The notes under the pieces are model-generated. The model was given only the letters and a program-made list of their open reading frames with translations. It had not been told where the DNA came from and did no database searches. The position numbers were made by a program, and so were the translations under genes. A stretch of 54,139 nucleotides of DNA from Spirochaetales bacterium (GTDB lineage: Bacteria > Spirochaetota > Spirochaetia > PWKH01), in NCBI GenBank assembly GCA_021736605.1, contig JAIPFQ010000002.1, positions 1-54,139 on the forward strand, written 5' to 3'. Below, piece after piece: positions 18,380 through 26,101 of this stretch. Each line of letters starts with the position of its first letter. Within the stretch, counting starts at the first letter, position 1.

Positions 18380-19858
18380 TCAGCTGAATCTTTTCAGTTT
18401 CTCCGGAGTTTCACCGGTAAGATTCTTACAGAGAGAGATTTCTTCCTGACTGCATTGCTCAGCTCTTTTACCATCATCAAAATCTTTCGTCAGGGTTTTT
18501 AGTTTTTTATGATTCTGGGGTGTGAGGATGAATTTTTTTGAAACAAAAATACCTGTGACCATAAAAATAATCGGCAGCAGGACAAACAGTATACGCAGAG
18601 ACTGTATTGTTGCAGATGATTGTATAACAGTCGTATCAGTGGAGTGGGAAACATAGCCGATAATGTTCAGCAGCAGCCCTAAAAGGGGCAGAACAAGTGC
18701 ACCCTGGATAAGTTTACGCAGCAGAGTCATAGCCCCTGAATAGGTGCCGGCACGGTTTTCACCAGTCATCAGTTCATCTACATCAACAATAAACGGAAGA
18801 AGCTGAAAGGGTATGACAACTCCAGCGGATAAACCGGCTCCAATAAAGAAACAGTTAATAGTCAGGATAAGAAAGCTTGTTTCATTTCCATGAAAGTACA
18901 TGAAAAAAATTGCAGCAGTCCAAATAATTAGTCCGGTTCTGTAGGCGAAGGCATGGCCCCTGGTGTTGGCAAGTCTGACATAGACAGGAAGAGCAGCAAT
19001 CTGGGTGATAAGTATCGTTCCGAGTCCGAGGGTTATAAAACCCGGCTTGTTCAGATAATCCTGCAGATAGAATTTCAGCCATGCCATCATAATATCCATA
19101 GCTGCATAGGAACAGATATACATAGCGATATGTATGCGGAATGCCCTGTTTTCAAAAATTGTTTTAAAGTTTTTAAAAATATCCAATTTCCCGCCGGCAG
19201 TTTTAGGAATACTAACAGGATATTCCCAGGTTCCTAAGAAAACAAATATCCACGGCACTGCAAAAACAACTGAGAAAATAATCCCCATAACTAAATGGCC
19301 AGTCTGTGCTGTACTGAAAGCATCAATTATCGGCTGCACTGCAACTCCAGCTAGAAGGGTACCGAACATAGAAAAGCCCATTCTAAAGCCGGTTAAACGA
19401 TTCCTCTTCTTAAAATCCTTTGTAATTTCAGCACTCAGTGCAAAATAGGGAACCATCACCATAGTAGTCGTTGTATAAAAGAGGATATAGGTGAAGAAAT
19501 AGTATAGAAAAATGGCTAACTGGCTATCAAAAGAGACTGAGAACCAAATCAAACTGAAAGTTGCAATTATTGGGATTACACCAATGAGGAAAAAAATTCT
19601 TCTTCTACCAAAGCGAGATCTTGTATGGTCAGAAATGTATCCCATAAGGGGGTCGGAAAGGGCATCCCAGATTTTTCCCAGCCCTGGTATAAGCCCAGCA
19701 AGAAAAGGATTCAAGCCGACAACATTTACCAGAAAATACATGGCGAATGTACTTACAATAAAAAAAGAACCTCCGCCGTACATATCACCAGAACCATAGG
19801 CGATATAGTTCCATGTCCCCAGGGTCTTTTCTCTTCTGAAGGATTTCGTTTCTGCCAT
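18380..19858 (-). CDS. GPH-family (MelB-like) glycoside/cation symporter, MFS superfamily
   Basis: The GPH signature WDALSDPLMGYISDHTRSRFGRRR is present, with about 12 TM helices. The likely start is the second ATG (19858), which has GGAG 6 nt upstream. The track's TTG start is at 19879. Confidence 0.85.
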   Translation of the reverse strand: MAETKSFRREKTLGTWNYIAYGSGDMYGGGSFFIVSTFAMYFLVNVVGLNPFLAGLIPGLGKIWDALSDPLMGYISDHTRSRFGRRRIFFLIGVIPIIATFSLIWFSVSFDSQLAIFLYYFFTYILFYTTTTMVMVPYFALSAEITKDFKKRNRLTGFRMGFSMFGTLLAGVAVQPIIDAFSTAQTGHLVMGIIFSVVFAVPWIFVFLGTWEYPVSIPKTAGGKLDIFKNFKTIFENRAFRIHIAMYICSYAAMDIMMAWLKFYLQDYLNKPGFITLGLGTILITQIAALPVYVRLANTRGHAFAYRTGLIIWTAAIFFMYFHGNETSFLILTINCFFIGAGLSAGVVIPFQLLPFIVDVDELMTGENRAGTYSGAMTLLRKLIQGALVLPLLGLLLNIIGYVSHSTDTTVIQSSATIQSLRILFVLLPIIFMVTGIFVSKKFILTPQNHKKLKTLTKDFDDGKRAEQCSQEEISLCKNLTGETPEKLKRFS

Positions 19859-19884
19859 CATCGACTCCAAATGCTGCAATAAAT

Positions 19885-19941
19885 GTTACAGCTTGTAACT
19901 AATTTTGAACTCATTTTAGGCCGATAAACCTTCGGCGTCAA
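19885..19941 (-). promoter_or_regulatory. Promoter (TTGACG, 17 nt, TAAAAT) plus a downstream palindrome GTTACA-GCT-TGTAAC for the GPH transporter gene
   Basis: On the minus strand the -35 is the complement of 19936-19941 and the -10 is the complement of 19913-19918. The 6-3-6 perfect palindrome lies at 19885-19899, between the -10 and the RBS. Confidence 0.5.
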
Positions 19942-19984
19942 CAAAAAACAGGAAGAATAGAGTTTAAACTGAACTTGCTGTCTC

Positions 19985-22081
19985 TTATACAGCCGAAGCC
20001 GCAGCTGCAGCATCAGCTTGCTGAATTAATTTTTTATGCCACTCCAATAGCTTCTCTTCCCGATTTCCATCAGCACCCCGAGAATCTGCAAGAACACGGA
20101 AAACAGGCTCTGTCCCAGAACCTCTCATCCAAATATAGGCAGCAGCCGCTCCGTTGTAATCATAAAAAACAATTTTCAAACCGCCCTTTTCCGGAGAACT
20201 GCGGTATTCGGGGCCGAAGCCTGGTATCGATCTAGTACCTTCATAATTAATCTCTTCCCAGGAGCTGATTCCAAGTGAAGCAAAAAAATCATCTTTATCA
20301 ATATCCCAGGTTTCAAGAAAAAGTTTTTCATAAGCTTTTTTCAATTCAGCCTGATTTGATGATTTGATTCTCAGAATTGCCCTATCTTCATAAGCGCTAG
20401 TAGTCGAATAAGCCGGAAGGCTTGAAAGGACATCTTCAAAAAGAAAATAATCACTGTAGGCATCTTCTGCGCCTTTGGCTGAGCACCAAATATGGAAAAT
20501 CCCGGGTATCTGTTTTTCATCCCGAAGAGCAGTCAATTTAATAAGCGCCATCACCGTATTAAGCGGATCACGGACTACAGCAGGATGGCTTATGTTTCCA
20601 CCGTTTGAACCTTCTCCGAGTATACGTACTCGATACCCCTTTTCTCGAAGTTCTTTAGCACGAATAACCGTATTTGCTTCACCAACTTCGGTGCGGAACA
20701 CCTCGGTGCCGAAGGCTGAAGCAATCTCTTCTACCCTCATTGATGTAGGTCCATTCACCACAACTGCATCCATTTTCTTCTTTTTCACTGCTGATGCAGA
20801 AGTATCTGCAAGAAACTTTCCTGCTGTGGAAGAGGCAGAAGAATTTGTGATGATCTCTTCGCGCTTGAGAAAAGCCAGTTCTATCATGACAATCAGGGAG
20901 AAGAGCTGCTGAGCTTCCAGAATTTCTGCTCTGCCTTCCGATTCATTCATATAAACAATATTTCCCCGATCACCGTCATTATCCGGAACGTAACCAAAAA
21001 GAAATGAAGGATCCTGCTCATAAGCCTCCTCCAATGCCTGCTTACATGGTTCAAGGCTGTAACCTTCCGGTACAATTCTATGAGCAATTTCTCCAGGTTT
21101 ATCATTGAGCGTCTTCACAGAAATTCCCAGAGATGAAAGGAGCTCAGTATCTATCGACGTTGTCCTGGCACTGCCGTTGAAATCAATAACAAGACCCAGC
21201 CCGCTGTTCTCTGTATATTCACGAATCTTATTATAGACAGCATCCTGGTTGCATACACATAAACTGCTGGATGCGGTCATCCCAATAAACTGACGATAAG
21301 CATCCTTTGACAGTACAGAAAACTGTTCTCTCTCTGCATCAAGATCAGCAAATACATTCCGGTCATTGCTGCTCAGCGCAGAAGCAATACGCTTTACTGA
21401 AGAGGGATCATGAATATAGGTTTTCATGTTTTCTATAAGTACTTCCGAGTGTTTCCCTCCAATTACTCCCTGCCGTGTTCCAAACTTCAAGCCATTATGG
21501 CCGATTGGATTATGACTGGCTGAAATATAGATAAAGCAGTCAATGTCATAGTCAAGATTACTGTAAGCCAGGACTTCCGGAATCGTGCAAATACCAAGAT
21601 ATCGGATATTCCATGATAAAGAAGCTGCAATAGCTGTCATAGAGTAGGCGATAGCCGATCCTGTATACCGGGAGTCAGATGCAATTACTACAGTTCTTTT
21701 TCCGCTGCTCAATGAATCTCCGGAAGACGAATCTCCGGAAGATGAATCTCCGGAAGATGAATCTCCGGAAGATGAGAAAGAGAAATCATCCAAGCCCTTA
21801 TCGGCAGCTTCTGAAATGAACTCAAGAAAGGTCAGAGCGGCAGCAGCACTTATTATACTGTCCGCTGGAGTGATATCTGCGGTTTTACTTTCTTCCCCGC
21901 CATCTGCGGCAAAAACCTTCCGCCACCCGGAGGCGGAAAGAATCATGGAATTGAAGCTCTTTAAAACTTCTTCATGAGCTGGAAGGTTGTTTTGTAAAGT
22001 CGGAAGCAGTGTATCATGAAGCTGTGATAACTTAGGGTATATGTCATCCTGGCTGTGATAATTTGAATTATTCTTGTTCAT
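19985..22081 (-). CDS. Alpha-D-phosphohexomutase family protein (PGM/PMM-like, 698 aa)
   Basis: The active-site Ser loop ISASHNPIGHNGLKF, the metal loop PDNDGDRGN, GEGSNGG and the phosphate loop RGSGTEP are all present. AGGAGG RBS. Confidence 0.85.
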   Translation of the reverse strand: MNKNNSNYHSQDDIYPKLSQLHDTLLPTLQNNLPAHEEVLKSFNSMILSASGWRKVFAADGGEESKTADITPADSIISAAAALTFLEFISEAADKGLDDFSFSSSGDSSSGDSSSGDSSSGDSLSSGKRTVVIASDSRYTGSAIAYSMTAIAASLSWNIRYLGICTIPEVLAYSNLDYDIDCFIYISASHNPIGHNGLKFGTRQGVIGGKHSEVLIENMKTYIHDPSSVKRIASALSSNDRNVFADLDAEREQFSVLSKDAYRQFIGMTASSSLCVCNQDAVYNKIREYTENSGLGLVIDFNGSARTTSIDTELLSSLGISVKTLNDKPGEIAHRIVPEGYSLEPCKQALEEAYEQDPSFLFGYVPDNDGDRGNIVYMNESEGRAEILEAQQLFSLIVMIELAFLKREEIITNSSASSTAGKFLADTSASAVKKKKMDAVVVNGPTSMRVEEIASAFGTEVFRTEVGEANTVIRAKELREKGYRVRILGEGSNGGNISHPAVVRDPLNTVMALIKLTALRDEKQIPGIFHIWCSAKGAEDAYSDYFLFEDVLSSLPAYSTTSAYEDRAILRIKSSNQAELKKAYEKLFLETWDIDKDDFFASLGISSWEEINYEGTRSIPGFGPEYRSSPEKGGLKIVFYDYNGAAAAYIWMRGSGTEPVFRVLADSRGADGNREEKLLEWHKKLIQQADAAAAASAV
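21714..21775. repeat. In-frame 15-bp tandem repeat x4 inside the phosphohexomutase gene, encoding (SSGDS)n
   Basis: The unit gaatctccggaagat starts at 21714 (one mismatch), 21729, 21744 and 21759. The protein reads SSSGDSSSGDSSSGDSSSGDS. Confidence 0.95.
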
Positions 22082-22465
22082 ACATCCTCCTATAAGTCCA
22101 TTTCGATAAAACGCGGTAAAACATATACACTGGCAAAAAGCTTAGTGATACATGTTTCGGAATGGCTGAATCATCTTTGAGAAGCGTTTTACAAGCTATG
22201 ATCAGCATATCACGAATTTTTTTGCCAGCGTATAGAGCATAAATCCTTCAGCAGCTGAATCATCTTTGAACTTCTATTAGCCTCTTTTGTTCGTAAAGAG
22301 TTACCAAAACAAATTAGCTTTCTTATGTTTTTTTGCCGAACAATAGCTGTTTTCTGTATTTTTACCTATTGTACACGAAAATGTATATGATAATATAGAG
22401 AAAATACGTATAAAATTTCATATAACTTCAGTGCAAGCATACATGCATTTCCATGGGAGAAAGAG

Positions 22466-23344
22466 ATGATAACGAATCCTGTACCAAGAGTAGCTGCCAT
22501 ACATGATATTTCAGGATACGGCAGATCTTCTCTGACAATCGTTCTACCAGTTTTATCCGCTTTGGGAGTACAAGCCTGTCCGCTTCCCACTGCTCTATTA
22601 TCAACCCAGACCAGCGGTTTTACGGACTATTACTACAAGGATTTATCTGATGATATGGAGCAGATTATAAATCACTGGAATACCCTTGATATTGATTTCC
22701 AGGGTATTTACAGCGGTTTTCTGGGATCTCCACGGCAGATTGGGATTGTTTCTGATTTTATTGATACTTTCAGCAGGGGGAATGCCCTTGTGGTTGTTGA
22801 TCCGGTTATGGGGGATGACGGTAAAACCTACGGACCCATTGAAGAAGATCTTGTTCTGGGGATGCGCCGACTGATTGGTAAGGCTGATATAATAACCCCG
22901 AATTATACCGAAGCAGCTCTGCTCTTGGATAGGCCCTACAGTACAGAAATCAGTGTCTCGAAGATAAAAGAGTGGCTGAGAGATCTGACTGATATGGGAC
23001 CCCGACGGGTAATTATCACCAGTGTCCCAATTTCTGCTGCTGAACGCTGCAGTGCTGTTTTTGCTTATGACAGAAAATATGAACGCTGCTGGAAAGTCTC
23101 TTGCGAGTATATTCCGGCATCATATCCGGGAACAGGAGACATGTTTGCCAGTGTGATTGTTGGAAGCCTTCTTAAAGGGGACAGCCTTCCTATAGCCATG
23201 GATAGAGCGGTTCAGTTTGCAGCACTATCCATCAGAGCTTCATTCGGATATGAAGTCCCGCACCGTGAAGGAGTTCTGCTGGAAAGAGTGCTTCCAAACC
23301 TGTACAGCCCCATCACCATGAGTACATATGAGCTGGTGGATTAG
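22466..23344 (+). CDS. pdxK: Pyridoxamine/pyridoxal kinase
   Basis: The N-terminus VAAIHDISGYGRSSLTIVLPVLSALGVQACPLPTALLSTQTSGF is typical of the Gram-positive-type pyridoxamine kinase. The C-terminal GTGDMFAS motif is present. Confidence 0.8.
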   Translation: MITNPVPRVAAIHDISGYGRSSLTIVLPVLSALGVQACPLPTALLSTQTSGFTDYYYKDLSDDMEQIINHWNTLDIDFQGIYSGFLGSPRQIGIVSDFIDTFSRGNALVVVDPVMGDDGKTYGPIEEDLVLGMRRLIGKADIITPNYTEAALLLDRPYSTEISVSKIKEWLRDLTDMGPRRVIITSVPISAAERCSAVFAYDRKYERCWKVSCEYIPASYPGTGDMFASVIVGSLLKGDSLPIAMDRAVQFAALSIRASFGYEVPHREGVLLERVLPNLYSPITMSTYELVD

Positions 23345-23346
23345 GG

Positions 23347-24156
23347 ATGATACTTGTAACCGCAGCCATGCCGGAAGAACTGCAGGCTTTTAAATCTCCC
23401 CTGAACATGCTTGGGAAAAAATATTCAAACCTTACATTTGAGACTTCTGTTTCAGCGCTGCAAAAAGATGCCCAAAGCATTCTACCTGCTGTTATTGGAA
23501 CCGGAAAAGTGATGAGTGCCCTGAACATCCAGAAGCTGTTCGATGCAGCAAGCTTTGAAATGGTGATACATGTCGGTATCTGCGGAAGCCTTCAGAAGGA
23601 ACTGCCACTGTATTCTCTTGTTTTTCCCTATTGGGCACTGCAGCACGATCTCTATATCAAGTCCTTCGGCTTCAAACTCGGCGAAATCCCCGGGGCATCC
23701 ATCGCTGGTGTAGTTTTGAATAGAAAACTGCAGGAGCAATTAAAAAATCATGCTGAAAAAGTATTGAAACGTTATGAAAGAAGGAAGTGGCCGCTTGCAG
23801 AAGTACATCTGGGTGGGGGAGTACTTACTGGTGATGCTTACGTACAGCAAAATGAGAAATCAGCTCTGCAGAAATTATATAAAACCAGTAAAACTTTTCA
23901 AGATACACCTGCAAAGGAAAAGGATGAGGCGTGCTGTGCAGATATGGAAGGCTTTTCCATAGCCCTCGCTGCAAAGCTGCAGGAAATACCTGCTGGAATG
24001 ATACGGGTAGTATCTGATGATGCGACAGGGGGAAAACCAGTTAATTTTGCTGCATTTATGAAAGAGAGTTCAGCCCTCTGCAAACAGATAATAATGGAAT
24101 TCGCAGCTCAAAGCAAGCGCAATCGAATGAACGATCTCCCGCCGGAAGAGCAGTAA
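23347..24156 (+). CDS. mtnN: MTA/SAH nucleosidase family (PNP_UDP_1) protein
   Basis: Motifs seen: MILVTAAMPEEL, GTGKV, CADMEGFSIA, RVVSDDA. The protein carries an internal insertion relative to canonical Pfs. Confidence 0.65.
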   Translation: MILVTAAMPEELQAFKSPLNMLGKKYSNLTFETSVSALQKDAQSILPAVIGTGKVMSALNIQKLFDAASFEMVIHVGICGSLQKELPLYSLVFPYWALQHDLYIKSFGFKLGEIPGASIAGVVLNRKLQEQLKNHAEKVLKRYERRKWPLAEVHLGGGVLTGDAYVQQNEKSALQKLYKTSKTFQDTPAKEKDEACCADMEGFSIALAAKLQEIPAGMIRVVSDDATGGKPVNFAAFMKESSALCKQIIMEFAAQSKRNRMNDLPPEEQ

Positions 24157-24159
24157 ACC

Positions 24160-24555
24160 TCAGACATCACCCAAGGAAAAATCCCCGACTATTTTATAAT
24201 AATTCCCTTCCTGAATTACATGCAGTTCTCGATTAGGAAAGTAGACAGGCAGCAGTTCTTCAATTTTTTCAGCTCCTGCCATAACTATTTTCTCCCTCTC
24301 CTTAACCGGAATCTGTGATAATGTTGATATGGATATATCAATTACATAACCCCGTCCGGATTTGCTTCCATACCCCGGTGAGAACTGCGGCCAGGCGCTG
24401 AAAAGTCCATCATAAGAGACACTCGAAGCGTTACCCCTCTTAAGCCGATTAGGGTGCAGGGGATAAAGTTCCCCATAGGTATCTTCAAGATAGCTGTCTG
24501 TTTCATCCATGAGAGCCCGCAAGGTATCCTCAAAAACTCGTTGTTTGTGATGCAT
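24160..24555 (-). CDS. Hypothetical protein (131 aa), co-oriented 36 nt downstream of the patatin gene
   Basis: The ORF has GAGGGA 9 nt upstream of ATG 24555. The track starts at TTG 24576. No motif was recognised. Confidence 0.55.
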   Translation of the reverse strand: MHHKQRVFEDTLRALMDETDSYLEDTYGELYPLHPNRLKRGNASSVSYDGLFSAWPQFSPGYGSKSGRGYVIDISISTLSQIPVKEREKIVMAGAEKIEELLPVYFPNRELHVIQEGNYYKIVGDFSLGDV

Positions 24556-24591
24556 AGAAAAATCCCTCATAAACAAAATAGTGTAAAGCGA

Positions 24592-25752
24592 CTATTTGAT
24601 CAAATATCTTTTTATAAATTCATTCAAGCTGCTGCGGTGCTCATCAATAATTTCAACCGCAGCTTTTTTCATACGCTCAATATTCTCTTTGCTTGCATCA
24701 TCCATGCGGATAGGAAGGTCTTGAAAATCTGAATGTATACGATGGTAGGTAACATCCGGCATGCACTCAAGTGTCTCATTTACAGTGAAGTACTGACTGG
24801 AAGAGTATATATTCATTAAAGGGACACCCTTTGAGGGAGTTATCCAATCAAAGAAACCCATCCCCCGGACTTTTGAAAGAGGAAGGGTAAATTTTTTCTG
24901 GGAAGTGCTTATAGAAAGAATATGAAAGTGCTCCGCCCAAGGGAAAAGTTTCTTCGCTTCCAGATATGCATACAATGATGGGTTGTTAGCGGCTGTCCCT
25001 CCGTCTATAAAACAGAACTTTTCATTTCTCCCTATAGGATGAGTTATCAACGGGGAAAAGTAGGTGGGCGCAGCAGAAGTGGCTCGCCCAGCTTCCCGCA
25101 TGTAAAAATTCTTTTTTCCGTATGAGGTAAAGAGAAAGGGAGCACCCCGGAGACAGTCATAAGATACAATCAGCAGTTTTCCCAGAGAATCATGCATAGT
25201 AAGATTCCCAAAAAGTTCCTTTAAAAGTGATTCAAGAGTTTCCTCAGAATATTTTTCTATAAACATCTGTTCAAAGGCTTTCAGATGGCCGAAGCTGCTT
25301 CTCGGAAAAATATCTTCCCCCCGTTTTTCGTAGATTTCCAGAATTTTTTCTATGGTAAATGAAGGCAGAATGTTTTTCTGATAATGTTTTGCTCGTCTTT
25401 TTGTAAGAAAAGAAAAAAGTTTACTTGATTCTGCTTTGCTTCTGTCAGCCTTTAAATCTAGATTTCCCGTGTAATCCGCAGATCCAGTTGATTCTTTAGC
25501 TTTTCCAGATTCTTCAAATTCTGCTGAAGATGAAATGGAGGGTGCAGTTAAGCCGAGAGCAATTAATCCTCCAGTTGAAGTACCTGAAATCAAGTCGAAA
25601 TATGAGTATAAAGGGGAATTCAGGCCTTTTTCGGTCATCATCTTCTGAAACTCTTTAAGAATTGTGAGCGGGATAACTCCGCGAATGCCCCCTCCATCAA
25701 TGGACAGAATTGTTATGTGTTTTTTCCCATGATTATTCGTGAATATTGCCAT
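24592..25752 (-). CDS. Patatin-like phospholipase
   Basis: The oxyanion motif DGGGIRG, the nucleophile elbow GTSTG and the catalytic Asp in IDGGTAANNP are present. A Ser/Lys-rich insertion is also present. Confidence 0.9.
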   Translation of the reverse strand: MAIFTNNHGKKHITILSIDGGGIRGVIPLTILKEFQKMMTEKGLNSPLYSYFDLISGTSTGGLIALGLTAPSISSSAEFEESGKAKESTGSADYTGNLDLKADRSKAESSKLFSFLTKRRAKHYQKNILPSFTIEKILEIYEKRGEDIFPRSSFGHLKAFEQMFIEKYSEETLESLLKELFGNLTMHDSLGKLLIVSYDCLRGAPFLFTSYGKKNFYMREAGRATSAAPTYFSPLITHPIGRNEKFCFIDGGTAANNPSLYAYLEAKKLFPWAEHFHILSISTSQKKFTLPLSKVRGMGFFDWITPSKGVPLMNIYSSSQYFTVNETLECMPDVTYHRIHSDFQDLPIRMDDASKENIERMKKAAVEIIDEHRSSLNEFIKRYLIK

Positions 25753-25825
25753 ATGTGTAGTATTGTTTCTAATATTTCAAACATGGTCAATACTAATGTA
25801 AGGTATCGATACACCCAGGGTAAGC

Positions 25826-25970
25826 CCTTGCCAAGGAGGTTTAAACTCCTTGGCCGCCACAAGGGGCGGGGTATTTCCCTTTCGTTCCCTGCTCTCGCTC
25901 GGGAGTGGAAACTTCTCATTGCTTCCGCTCCTCTCGCTCCGTTTGGGAATGAAACCCAAGGGAAATACCG
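25826..25970 (+). other. G+C-rich nested-helix element (candidate ncRNA, or a MITE-like palindromic element)
   Basis: I paired five helices by hand: 25831-25838/25846-25853, 25854-25858/25865-25869, 25870-25881/25958-25969 (12 bp perfect), 25883-25889/25945-25951 and 25901-25910/25923-25932. Three G-U pairs work only on the plus strand. Confidence 0.3.
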
Positions 25971-26014
25971 CAAATCCTAAATCTTTGAATTTTATATTCG
26001 CAGGAAACAGAATT

Positions 26015-26045
26015 AAAAAAATGGCGAGTCATGTTATGACTCGCC
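26015..26045 (-). terminator. Intrinsic terminator of the FMN-bind-like lipoprotein gene
   Basis: A 10-bp stem pairs ggcgagtcat with atgactcgcc (26023-26032 / 26036-26045). On the minus strand A-TTTTTTT follows. Confidence 0.75.
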
Positions 26046-26101
26046 TATCGGCTGGATTTTCAGCCCATTTTACATGTTTGTTACTTAATATTGCTAGTAA
26101 A

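Noticed and set aside
19883-19901. The GPH operator palindrome contains ATGTTAC/GTAAC, the same half-site as the TrpR-like promoter. This would suggest a shared regulator.
   Set aside because: By rough expectation, a given 7-mer should occur several times by chance in 54 kb counted on both strands. The spacing and orientation also differ between the two sites. Only the triple cluster at 36482-36528 is notable.
24592-25752. I considered the patatin gene as a CBASS CapV-type defence effector.
   Set aside because: No CD-NTase, cyclase, E1/E2/JAB or other sensor gene is adjacent. The only partner is an unknown 131-aa ORF.
25826-25970. I tried to assign the G+C-rich element to a known RNA class: SRP 4.5S, 6S, tmRNA, RNase P, hammerhead or twister.
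   Set aside because: The diagnostic motifs are absent on both strands. I found no GGAA/AGCA SRP helix-8 core, no CUGANGA...GAAA, no tmRNA or tRNA-like ends, and the length is wrong for 6S and RNase P. It remains unclassified.
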